NCBI GenBank assembly: GCA_934119955.1
Contig: CAKOSZ010000007.1
Location: 5,192-69,191, forward strand
Length of the DNA: 64,000 bases
Reading direction: 5' to 3'
Source: an uncultured Bacilli bacterium
GTDB lineage: Bacteria > Bacillota_I > Bacilli_A > RF39 > UBA660
The notes beneath the pieces are model-generated. The model saw nothing but the letters and a program-made list of their open reading frames with translations. It was not told the DNA's origin and searched no databases. Below are positions 47,999 through 57,199 of this stretch, in pieces (within the stretch, counting starts at the first letter, position 1; each line of letters opens with the position of its first letter). Made by a program: the position numbers and the translations under genes.

Positions 47999-48502
47999 AT
48001 GATATTTGTACCTAAAATGTACCAAAAAAATATTTTTACAATTAACTATAATATTTTAAAAGAAAAAGGAATCGAATTATTAATTTTTGATTTAGATAAT
48101 ACAATTGGTCATATTCATGAAGATAAAATAAATGAAGAAACTTTTAATTTTCTAACTAATTTAAAAAAATCATTTAAAATAGTAATAGCAAGTAATAGTC
48201 CTAAAAAAAGAGTTAGTAATTTTTTTCTTGATTCTAACCTAGACTATTTCTCATTTTGCTTTAAACCTAGTTTAATAAGTTTTAAAAAAATAAAAAGAAA
48301 ATATAAAATATCTTATAAAAAAACAGCAATTATAGGTGATCAGATATTAACTGATATCTTTGGTGGAAATAGATTAGGTTTATATACTATTTTAGTAGAT
48401 CCGATTAGTATTGATTTTAAAGTAACTAAATTTAATAGAAAAATAGAAACGATAATTAAAAAAAGAAATAATATAATTAAAGGAGCTTATTATGAGAAGT
48501 AA
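47999..48502 (+). CDS. yqeG: HAD-superfamily phosphatase YqeG
   Basis: HAD motif I (FDLDNTI), 167 aa, in the conserved position immediately before yqeH. Confidence 0.7.
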   Translation: MIFVPKMYQKNIFTINYNILKEKGIELLIFDLDNTIGHIHEDKINEETFNFLTNLKKSFKIVIASNSPKKRVSNFFLDSNLDYFSFCFKPSLISFKKIKRKYKISYKKTAIIGDQILTDIFGGNRLGLYTILVDPISIDFKVTKFNRKIETIIKKRNNIIKGAYYEK

Positions 48503-49490
48503 AAAATGTATTGGTTGTGGAGTTAAATTACAAAGTGATAATGTCTTAACTCCTGGTTATACTCCAAATATTTTAAATGATTATTGTATGCGTTGTTTTA
48601 AACTTAAAAATTATGGAGAATCCATGGTTGTAAATAACAAGACAGATGATTATCTTAAAATATTAAAAAGTGTAGCAAGAACCAAAGATTTAGTTTTATA
48701 CATTGTAGATATTTTAAATATTCCAGCCAATTTAGAAACTATAACAAATTATTTAAACCAAGATATTATCTTAGTTTTAAATAAAAGAGATATTTTACCA
48801 AAAAGTGTTAAAGATGAGAAAATAATTAATTATTTAAAAGAAAGATATAAATTTAAAGATTATGTAATTGTTAGTACTTTAAGTAATTATAACTTTGATG
48901 AACTTTATAAAAAAATACTTAAATATAAAAAGACAAATGATGTTTACTTAGTTGGAGAAACAAATGCAGGGAAAAGTAGTATTATAAATAAAATAATAGA
49001 AAATTATTCCAATAAAGAAGCAATTTTAACAACTTCTAATATGCCTGAAACTACTCTTGCTAAAATAAATTTAGAAATAAATTCTAAATTAACTTTAATA
49101 GATACCCCAGGTATTGTTGAATATCAAAATATTATTCATACTTTGGGAAGTAAATATTATAAAGTTTTAAATATTAAAAAAGAGATTAAACCAAAAACTT
49201 ATCAAATAAATAAAAATACAAGTTTATTAATAGGTGACTTTTTAAGAATTGATTATCTTGAAGGTGATAAAAATAGTTTAACTTTATATATACCAAATTC
49301 TGTAAATGTTAAAAGAATAAATCCTAAAAGAAATAATTTACAAGATTTATCTTATCAAGAAATTGAATTTAAATTTAATGAAGACTTATGTATATATGGT
49401 CTTGGTTTTATTAAAATTGTTTTACCTTGTAAACTTGGAATTAATTTAAATAAAAATGTTTTAACTTTTAAAAGAGATAATTTAATTTAA
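48492..49490 (+). CDS. yqeH: ribosome-biogenesis GTPase YqeH (circularly permuted)
   Basis: N-terminal zinc ribbon CIGCGV...CMRCF. Permuted G4-G1-G3 order (LNKRDIL...GETNAGKSS...DTPG). Confidence 0.75.
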   Translation: MRSKKCIGCGVKLQSDNVLTPGYTPNILNDYCMRCFKLKNYGESMVVNNKTDDYLKILKSVARTKDLVLYIVDILNIPANLETITNYLNQDIILVLNKRDILPKSVKDEKIINYLKERYKFKDYVIVSTLSNYNFDELYKKILKYKKTNDVYLVGETNAGKSSIINKIIENYSNKEAILTTSNMPETTLAKINLEINSKLTLIDTPGIVEYQNIIHTLGSKYYKVLNIKKEIKPKTYQINKNTSLLIGDFLRIDYLEGDKNSLTLYIPNSVNVKRINPKRNNLQDLSYQEIEFKFNEDLCIYGLGFIKIVLPCKLGINLNKNVLTFKRDNLI

Positions 49491-49655
49491 ATATTTAATA
49501 ATAATTTATTAATAGAAAATTCAATTGTAACTAAATTCAATTGGATTTTTTTTAGGTTTAAAAAATAAAAATAAATTATATATTAAAAAGAAAAAATATT
49601 GATAATATTTGTTTTGTATGATAACATTATAGTGTAATAATAAGGGTTGTAAGGA

Positions 49656-52256
49656 GTGTTTATGTTAAAAAAAATATTAAGTTTATTAGTAGTGTTTTTT
49701 AGTTTTTTAGTAATTAATGTTAAGGCTGAAATTTATGATTTAAATAGTATTCCAAATAGATCTTATGTTATAGGAAAACATTTATATACAAGAGATTCCT
49801 TAGATGGAAATGCTTTTAATGGAGAATATCAGGGAGTACTTGAAACTAGGTGGTTAATATTTGGTTCTTCTTCTATTGAAAGTACTAATCTTTTAGATAT
49901 GATAGTTTATTATAAAAATCCAGAAGGAGTTTTTCTAGATGCAGCCAATGATTTAGTAATAGATGAAAATAAGTTACCAAAATATTTTGAAATAGAATAT
50001 TTAAATGGTAATAAAATAGAAAATAGTTTTAAAACAAGTATTGTACCTAATAAATTAACAGAAAACAATTATTTATCTCTTGCAACAAAAAGTGTTAATA
50101 TAGAAAAATATGCTGGTTATGATGTTTTTAAAAATTATATTGAAGATGATAATACTATTAATCGTGGTAATAGTAAATTAACTTTTAAAGTTGCAAAAGA
50201 CTTTATTGGTGATAAAGATAATTACTATGATATTACAATTAAATATTTTGATGCAGGACTTGGGACAATTCTTTTACAAGTATCAAATGACTATGATAAT
50301 ACAATTAATTATAGTAAAACTGGCTATGGTGGTTATGTAGAGGAGCCTTGGTGGACTTGGGGAAATGGATATTATTTTAAAAATATGAGTATATGTTTAA
50401 CTAATACTAATACTTGGAAAACTTATACTTTTAGAGTAACTGATACTTTTTTTGAAAAGAATATTGATAATTATCTTCATTTCTATTTTGGAACTAATAA
50501 TAAAAATACAAGTGGAGAAGTTATAAATATTAGAGAAGTAATAGTTACTAAAAAAGTTACTAAAATTTTATCTATTGATAAAAATACTAATAATAATGAA
50601 GCGGTTGTTGGTAATATATATACAGATAGTGATTTTGGTTTAGGATTTAAAGTTTTAAATATTTATGATGAGAATAAAACTTTTAATATTTCTTATAAAA
50701 TACTAGATGATGATGAAAAAACAGTAAGTGAAAAAAATCTTGGTCTTGTAACTATTCCTGCTAATAATCAGGAAATGTTTTACTTAGATAATTCTTTAAA
50801 ATATGGTGTATATAAATTAATTGTATCTGTTAATTATAATGGTATTGTTGAAAATGAGAAAATAGAATTTAGTAAAATGATAAAAGATTTAAGTAATCAA
50901 AAAAATGATTTTTTAGGTGTTTCTAGTCTTTTTGGTTATAGCACGTATTTTCCTGATTCAATTATTCGTGATACAAAAAATGTTTATCAAAAATTAGGAG
51001 TAAGCATAATTAGAAATGGAATAAATGGAAATTTTGTTGCTTCAAATAATAATACCTTAGCAAGTTACATTCCTTTATATGATATTTTAACAAATGAAGA
51101 GGAAGATATGCTTATGAATGTTTGGAATATTGACTCAAATGTTGAAGTTACAAGTGATGGTATTATTACAGATAGTAGTTTTGAAAAATTAAAAACAAGA
51201 ACAATTGAACTTTATAAAATGCTTGCTAATAAATATAAGGGTAAAATAAAATATTATGAAACTTTATGCGAATGGAATAGATTTAGTCCTAAAAATGCTA
51301 TTACTCCTGAACAATATGCTATACTTGTAATAGAAATTAGTAAAGCAGTTAAATCAATTGATAAAAATGCTAAGATAGTTGCTATGAATACAAATAAATT
51401 TCCTATTTATGATGATGCTTATTATGAAGATTATAATCTAGAACATGTAAATGATTATACAAATTATTTAGAAAATTCATGGTTAGTAAGAGCCTTAAAG
51501 ACTAGCATTGATATAGATTTTGACGGGGATGGAACAGTAGAAACTGTAAATGTCTGTGATGTAATAGATGCAATATCAATTCATCCTTATACTATGTCAG
51601 CCACTACTTCCCCAGAAACTAAAATCTCATTAATGAGTTTAACAAAAGAATTAAGAAAATTAATTCAGGATCATACTGATAAAAATATTCCTATCTGGTT
51701 TACTGAATTAGGTCATCCAACTCATGCTTTTGGAGCATCTTTAAAACTACAAGCCGCATTTCTTACAAGAACACTTGTTCTAAGTCAAGCAATGAACGAG
51801 ACAACAAACGTAGAAAAAGCAATTATTTATGAATTACAAAATCAAGGAGCATCTAATTTAAATAGTGAAGCAAATTATGGATTAGTAAATAATTTTAAAG
51901 ATAATAGTTCAAAACCATTTACAAGAGATATTAGTATGTCGGCTAAAAATAGTTATATTGCCATAAATATGTATAGTTATATTTTAAATAATGCTAAATA
52001 TCTTGCTAGTAACGAAAATACCTATGAAACTGATAATTATTTATGGTATAAATTTAAAACAAATGACAATAAAGAAGTAATTGTTACTTGGATAGATGAA
52101 AAAGAAAATATAAGTAAAAATATTAATTTAAATGTTAATATGGGAAAAATAACAATTTATGATATTTATGGAAATACCTTAAATTCATTTGTTAATAATA
52201 AAAATACTATTAATGTTGATGTTAGTTATGAACCAATTTATATTGTTACTACATAA
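49656..52256 (+). CDS. large secreted protein with a C-terminal clan GH-A-like (TIM-barrel glycoside hydrolase) domain
   Basis: Signal peptide. The N-terminal ~450 aa look like beta-rich accessory domains. The C-terminal region has a nucleophile-like motif (WFTELGHPTH) and a possible acid/base motif (CEWNRF). Weak. Confidence 0.4.
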   Translation: MFMLKKILSLLVVFFSFLVINVKAEIYDLNSIPNRSYVIGKHLYTRDSLDGNAFNGEYQGVLETRWLIFGSSSIESTNLLDMIVYYKNPEGVFLDAANDLVIDENKLPKYFEIEYLNGNKIENSFKTSIVPNKLTENNYLSLATKSVNIEKYAGYDVFKNYIEDDNTINRGNSKLTFKVAKDFIGDKDNYYDITIKYFDAGLGTILLQVSNDYDNTINYSKTGYGGYVEEPWWTWGNGYYFKNMSICLTNTNTWKTYTFRVTDTFFEKNIDNYLHFYFGTNNKNTSGEVINIREVIVTKKVTKILSIDKNTNNNEAVVGNIYTDSDFGLGFKVLNIYDENKTFNISYKILDDDEKTVSEKNLGLVTIPANNQEMFYLDNSLKYGVYKLIVSVNYNGIVENEKIEFSKMIKDLSNQKNDFLGVSSLFGYSTYFPDSIIRDTKNVYQKLGVSIIRNGINGNFVASNNNTLASYIPLYDILTNEEEDMLMNVWNIDSNVEVTSDGIITDSSFEKLKTRTIELYKMLANKYKGKIKYYETLCEWNRFSPKNAITPEQYAILVIEISKAVKSIDKNAKIVAMNTNKFPIYDDAYYEDYNLEHVNDYTNYLENSWLVRALKTSIDIDFDGDGTVETVNVCDVIDAISIHPYTMSATTSPETKISLMSLTKELRKLIQDHTDKNIPIWFTELGHPTHAFGASLKLQAAFLTRTLVLSQAMNETTNVEKAIIYELQNQGASNLNSEANYGLVNNFKDNSSKPFTRDISMSAKNSYIAINMYSYILNNAKYLASNENTYETDNYLWYKFKTNDNKEVIVTWIDEKENISKNINLNVNMGKITIYDIYGNTLNSFVNNKNTINVDVSYEPIYIVTT

Positions 52257-52318
52257 TTTATTATAATTAATTGTTTATTTCAAATATTTATGCTAAAATA
52301 AATTTAGAAAGGAATTTT

Positions 52319-52864
52319 ATGGAAACAGAGATTATAAATGAATTTGAAGAAAGTTTAAAAAAAGTTTTAGTTAGTTTAGAAGAAAGATTCAAACATATTA
52401 ATGCAGGAAGAGCTAATCCTTCTATGTTAGATGGGGTTATGGTTAATTACTATGGATCTATGACTCCTCTTAAAAGTTTAGTAACAATATCAGTACCAGA
52501 GGCTCGTCAACTTTTAATTAAACCATTTGATAGATCTTGTCTAAGTGCTATTGAAAAAGGAATATTTGAAGCAGATTTAGGTTTTACTCCTAATAATGAC
52601 GGAGAAACAATTAGAATAATTATTCCAATTTTAACTGAGGATAGAAGAAAAGAATTAGTAAGACAAGCCAAGACATTATCAGATGAAAACAAGGTTAGTA
52701 TTAGAAATCAAAGACGTGATACCTTAGAACTTTTAAAAGAAGAAAAATTACCTGAGGATACTTTAAAGGCCTTAGAAGAAAAAGTACAAACCTTAGTAGA
52801 AAAATACAATAAACTTGTTGATAATATGTTAGAGGCTAAAACAAAAGACTTAATGAGTGTTTAA
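52319..52864 (+). CDS. frr: ribosome recycling factor
   Basis: 182 aa from the ATG at 52319 (METEIINEFE...). Typical RRF blocks: INAGRANPSMLD, RRKELVRQAK. Confidence 0.85.
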   Translation: METEIINEFEESLKKVLVSLEERFKHINAGRANPSMLDGVMVNYYGSMTPLKSLVTISVPEARQLLIKPFDRSCLSAIEKGIFEADLGFTPNNDGETIRIIIPILTEDRRKELVRQAKTLSDENKVSIRNQRRDTLELLKEEKLPEDTLKALEEKVQTLVEKYNKLVDNMLEAKTKDLMSV

Positions 52865-52882
52865 AACTCACTAAGTCTTTTA

Positions 52883-53284
52883 TTATTTTAAATATCCTTG
52901 TTCTTGTAGTTCATTTTTTAAAGCATCACTTGAAATATAAGTATTATCTATTCTTGTTAAAATACTATTTTCTATACCATTTTTAATAAATACTATGATG
53001 TTACTGTCAGTAAAAGTAATTTTACTTTGTAATTCTTCTTTTTCACTACTACTAAGCTTATCAGTACTTAAATAAAAACATTTAAGATTATTTTCTTTAC
53101 TAACTTTTTTTAAAGTGTTTTTTAAAGTATTACCATTATCTGTATTATCAGTTAATAATAATACAAAAGTTTCTTTCTTATCGAGTTTATTATTTAAACT
53201 TTTATAACTTAATCTACTAAGTCCATTACTACTACAAGCAGTTAGCATAAACAATGCTATTAAAACAACAAATATTTTCTTCAT
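52883..53284 (-). CDS. small lipoprotein (hypothetical)
   Basis: Signal peptide ending in lipobox LTACS. 133 aa. Convergent with frr; a shared hairpin lies at 52845-52882. Confidence 0.5.
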   Translation of the reverse strand: MKKIFVVLIALFMLTACSSNGLSRLSYKSLNNKLDKKETFVLLLTDNTDNGNTLKNTLKKVSKENNLKCFYLSTDKLSSSEKEELQSKITFTDSNIIVFIKNGIENSILTRIDNTYISSDALKNELQEQGYLK

Positions 53285-53375
53285 GTCTTCACCTCAAAAT
53301 AATCATAACATATTTAAAATTACTTGTAAATGAAAAAAGTATTTGTTATAATTATTACGTATAATAAGGAGCGTT

Positions 53376-54035
53376 ATGAAAAGATTAAAGATAATATTAA
53401 TGATAGTTCTATTTTTTATAACTACAAATGTTTTTGCAATAGACAATTGTACAAATGATGAAATGAAAAGATTAAGAGAACTTGCTAATAATGTAAAAAT
53501 TAATTATGAATATACTGTTGATGATGAAATTATAGAAGAAGAAACAGTATATGTTCATTATAATATTAAAGTAATAAATTTAAGTGATGATTTAAAAATA
53601 TATTATAATGGAGAAGATAATAATTTAAGATTATATTCAAAAGAAGAAATAGAAAATATGGAGTTTTCATCAGGAACAACTCATAAATTTTATTTGTATT
53701 CTTATACTAATAATTTATGTACTGATGAATTAATAAAAACAATTTCAGTTAAATTCCCAGTTGTAAATTCTTATTATTACTTTAATAAAGAAAAGTGTTT
53801 GAACAATCAAGATTTTAAATATTGTAAAGAATTTTCTAATGAAGAAAATTATAGTTTTGAAGAAATTGATAAAATGTTTGATGATTATTTAAATAAGGGT
53901 AATTCAAATAATGGTAATCAAATTAATAAATATTTAACTAAATATATTTATTATATTATAGGAATAATAATTTTGATTTTAGTTATAGTGATTGTAATAA
54001 TTAAAGTCAAAAAAAATAAAAAAGAAGATATTTAG
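53376..54035 (+). CDS. Cys-rich secreted protein with a C-terminal TM anchor (module copy 1, small subunit)
   Basis: Signal peptide MKRLKIILMIVLFFITTNVFA, conserved Cys (CTN...LCT...KC...YC), C-terminal helix IIGIIILILVIVIVII and a KNKKEDI tail. Paralogue at 56544. Confidence 0.5.
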   Translation: MKRLKIILMIVLFFITTNVFAIDNCTNDEMKRLRELANNVKINYEYTVDDEIIEEETVYVHYNIKVINLSDDLKIYYNGEDNNLRLYSKEEIENMEFSSGTTHKFYLYSYTNNLCTDELIKTISVKFPVVNSYYYFNKEKCLNNQDFKYCKEFSNEENYSFEEIDKMFDDYLNKGNSNNGNQINKYLTKYIYYIIGIIILILVIVIVIIKVKKNKKEDI

Positions 54036-54043
54036 AGGTTTAT

Positions 54044-56470
54044 ATGAAAAAAGTATATAAAGTATTATTATTAACTTTGCTATTTTTTATATTTTCTCTT
54101 AATGGAAATGCTGATGAAGTAACTAATAAAAAAGGTGATTTAAGGTGTAATCCAGAAAATAAAACTTCTTGTGAGGAGATAAAAAATAGTAATGGAGAAG
54201 TTATTCAAGTAAATGTAGCAACTGATGTTATTAAAAATGATGGTGATATTCAAGTTATTAAACATGTAAAAAAAACTAATATACTAGGTGAATTAGAAAT
54301 ATGGTTTACTATAAAAGGAAAAAATATTGAAATTATTCAATCAGGTAAAGATGCATATGTCATTGTAGTTTTTGATACATCTTCAACTATGAAAAGTGGT
54401 TCTCAACTAGAAAGTGCTAAATCTGCTATTAAAACATTTAGCAAAGTGTTATATTCGAATAAACCAGAAGGAGTTAATTATTATTTAGCTGCTATTCAAT
54501 TCGCTGAATATTCAAAAATTATTAGAAATTTTGCAAATAAAGATTTTAGTGATATGAGTTTTTCTAGTAGAAGTAGTTTAGGTTCAAAATCTGAATTAGG
54601 TTATGCCTACCATGATGTATATAACTTATTAGCAAAAGTTCCTGTTGAAGATAAAAAATATGTAGTTTTATTTGGCGATGGAAGATATTATAATGGATAT
54701 AATTGTTCAGTTTATTCCCATAAAGGTAAAAATAATAAATATGATACTCACTGTGATGTTTTAGATGCAAATTATGCTAAAATTCGAGATAGTTATAAAG
54801 AATATATTAGTATTTATGGTATTCTTTATAGTGGTGGTAGTTTACATAATGTATTAGATAATAAAATAAATAAGAAAAAGACTGTTTGTTATGATAAATA
54901 TCGTGGCGATTGTGATAAAATGTTTATGCAAAAGTATACAGATACTTATCTTGATGCAAGAGAATGTAATAGTAAATATAGTAGTTGTAAAAAAGATCCG
55001 AATTACGAAGATTACTTTAAAGAAATTGCTAAAATAATTAATTCTGATAAAACTTATCCTGTAAATATATCGGCTAGTTTAGAAGATAGAATAGGTTCTT
55101 CATTTGATATTATAGGTTCTAGTGATAAAAGTAAAAAAATTACAATTAAAAATATAACTGAAAATGGAGTAGAAACAGAACACTTTAAAATAAAAATAAA
55201 TGATAATGCTCTTGATGGTTGGAATGATACTAACAATGGTTTTAATTTAACTTATGATAAAAAAGTAATAAGTAATAATAATAATCCTCAAATGTATTGG
55301 AAAGAAATGATTTGCACAGATAGTATAACTGATGAAAAAGAAAAAGTAATTAAATCATGTAGTGGTACAGAAAGTATAGATTTAGAAATAAAATCAAATT
55401 GTCAAAGTGAAAAGAAAATATATTATGATATATCATGTGATGAAAAAATAACTGCTGGTATTAAAATAAATAATTTAAAAGATGGGGTTAAGAAATTTAG
55501 TATAGATAAAGGTTTAGGTTTTCCTGCTAATTTAAACTTAAAAACTGATTTAGAATGTAATTACGTATTTTATAAAGGTTTATATGATAATGATTATAAT
55601 AAGTTAACTCTTGAAATTTCTAAGGAAACTGATGAGAAAATAATTCATAGTAAAACTAAAAAACTTAATGAAATGAAATCATATTTAGAAACTTATAATA
55701 GTTATTTAAATAATTTAAATGATTATAAAACTAATGTATTCTCAAATCAAGCAGCAACTTTAAAAGTTAAAGTTTTAGATAATTCCTATGATTATCAAGA
55801 TTTCATTAATTCAAAATTTAAAATAAATGAAGATAATTGTAAGGATACAGAAAACTATCAAGATGGATTTAAAGTTACAACGAAAACTTGTTCTTTAAAG
55901 ATGGAAAAAGATATGATTTTGACTGAAAAATGCTTGAATATGAAAGATGGAAGTGTTGAAAACTGTACTAATTCGAATAAACAAATAAAAGGAGGAAATA
56001 AATATTATACAAGCATAAATAAAAATTCAGGAAGTGTCTTTGTAGAAATTAATTCACTTGGATATGCCTCAGTTGTAAATAATAAATCTAATATAAGTAT
56101 TAAATTAGAAGACTGTGAATATGAAACAGGTAAATTATATAAAGATAAAATATCATTTAGACAAATAGAATTATCTGATCCTTTCTTAAAATCTTATACT
56201 AATTCAAAAAGAGAAATAGGTAAGAATTATCTAAATACCAAATATGACTTTGTAAGTATTATAAAACCAGATATTTGGTCTTTATCTACTAGTGACTATA
56301 AATTTTCATTAAGTAAAATAAATGTAAGTAATATAAGGCATGATACAAATAATTTAGGCATTTCATCTTATCTTGGAAGTGATTGTTATATTAGTAATAC
56401 TAATAAATATGTTTGTAAATTCTTTGAGGATAGTGAAAAAAACAATTTCTTTACAAATACATCAAAATAA
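54044..56470 (+). CDS. large secreted Cys-rich VWA-domain protein (module copy 1)
   Basis: Signal peptide, N-terminal conserved block KKGDLRCNPENKTSCEEIKNSNGEVIQ...IQVIKHVKKT, a VWA MIDAS-like motif (YVIVVFDTSSTMK), more than 20 Cys and no C-terminal anchor. Paralogue at 57200. Confidence 0.55.
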   Translation: MKKVYKVLLLTLLFFIFSLNGNADEVTNKKGDLRCNPENKTSCEEIKNSNGEVIQVNVATDVIKNDGDIQVIKHVKKTNILGELEIWFTIKGKNIEIIQSGKDAYVIVVFDTSSTMKSGSQLESAKSAIKTFSKVLYSNKPEGVNYYLAAIQFAEYSKIIRNFANKDFSDMSFSSRSSLGSKSELGYAYHDVYNLLAKVPVEDKKYVVLFGDGRYYNGYNCSVYSHKGKNNKYDTHCDVLDANYAKIRDSYKEYISIYGILYSGGSLHNVLDNKINKKKTVCYDKYRGDCDKMFMQKYTDTYLDARECNSKYSSCKKDPNYEDYFKEIAKIINSDKTYPVNISASLEDRIGSSFDIIGSSDKSKKITIKNITENGVETEHFKIKINDNALDGWNDTNNGFNLTYDKKVISNNNNPQMYWKEMICTDSITDEKEKVIKSCSGTESIDLEIKSNCQSEKKIYYDISCDEKITAGIKINNLKDGVKKFSIDKGLGFPANLNLKTDLECNYVFYKGLYDNDYNKLTLEISKETDEKIIHSKTKKLNEMKSYLETYNSYLNNLNDYKTNVFSNQAATLKVKVLDNSYDYQDFINSKFKINEDNCKDTENYQDGFKVTTKTCSLKMEKDMILTEKCLNMKDGSVENCTNSNKQIKGGNKYYTSINKNSGSVFVEINSLGYASVVNNKSNISIKLEDCEYETGKLYKDKISFRQIELSDPFLKSYTNSKREIGKNYLNTKYDFVSIIKPDIWSLSTSDYKFSLSKINVSNIRHDTNNLGISSYLGSDCYISNTNKYVCKFFEDSEKNNFFTNTSK

Positions 56471-56543
56471 AAAAAATAAAGGAGTTTAATTGCTCTTTTA
56501 TTTTTTCTATGCTATAATTTTTCTAGATATAATAAGGAGCAAT

Positions 56544-57191
56544 ATGAAGTATAAAAGTATTTTATTGATTGGTTTATTTTTTATAACCACAAATGTTTTT
56601 GCAATTAATGATTGTACAAATTCTGAGATGAAAAGATTAAATGAACTTGCTAATAATGTTAAAATAACTTATGATTATGTTATTGATGAAGAAATAGAAA
56701 AAAGAACAATAGCAGGATTTTTTTATGTACAAATTAATAATTTAAGTGATGATTTACAAATATATCTTAAAGATATGTCAGGTAATTTAAAATTATATTC
56801 AAAGGATGAAATAGAAGAAAATGATTTTAATTTTAATACAACAGAAAAATTTTATATTTATTCATATACTGATAATTTATGTACTAATAAATTAATAAAA
56901 ACAATTACAATTAAATTTCCAAGTGTAAATCCTTATTACTATTACAATAAAGAAAAATGTATAGAACATACTGATTTTAAATATTGTCAAGAATTTTTAA
57001 ATCATGATTTAGATCTTGATGAAATAGATGAGATGTATAATGAATACATAAATAAAAATAATATTAATGATCAAAAAACAAAAACATTTAATAAAAATTA
57101 TATATATATAATAACTGCAAGTTTTTTAATAATATGTATAATTATATTTATTGTAATTAAAATAAGAAAAAATAAAAAAGAAGATATTTAG
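56544..57191 (+). CDS. Cys-rich secreted protein with a C-terminal TM anchor (module copy 2, small subunit)
   Basis: Paralogue of 53376-54035 with the same Cys spacing, the same C-terminal anchor and the same KNKKEDI tail. RBS AAGGAG before the ATG at 56544. Confidence 0.5.
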   Translation: MKYKSILLIGLFFITTNVFAINDCTNSEMKRLNELANNVKITYDYVIDEEIEKRTIAGFFYVQINNLSDDLQIYLKDMSGNLKLYSKDEIEENDFNFNTTEKFYIYSYTDNLCTNKLIKTITIKFPSVNPYYYYNKEKCIEHTDFKYCQEFLNHDLDLDEIDEMYNEYINKNNINDQKTKTFNKNYIYIITASFLIICIIIFIVIKIRKNKKEDI

Positions 57192-57199
57192 AGGTTAGT

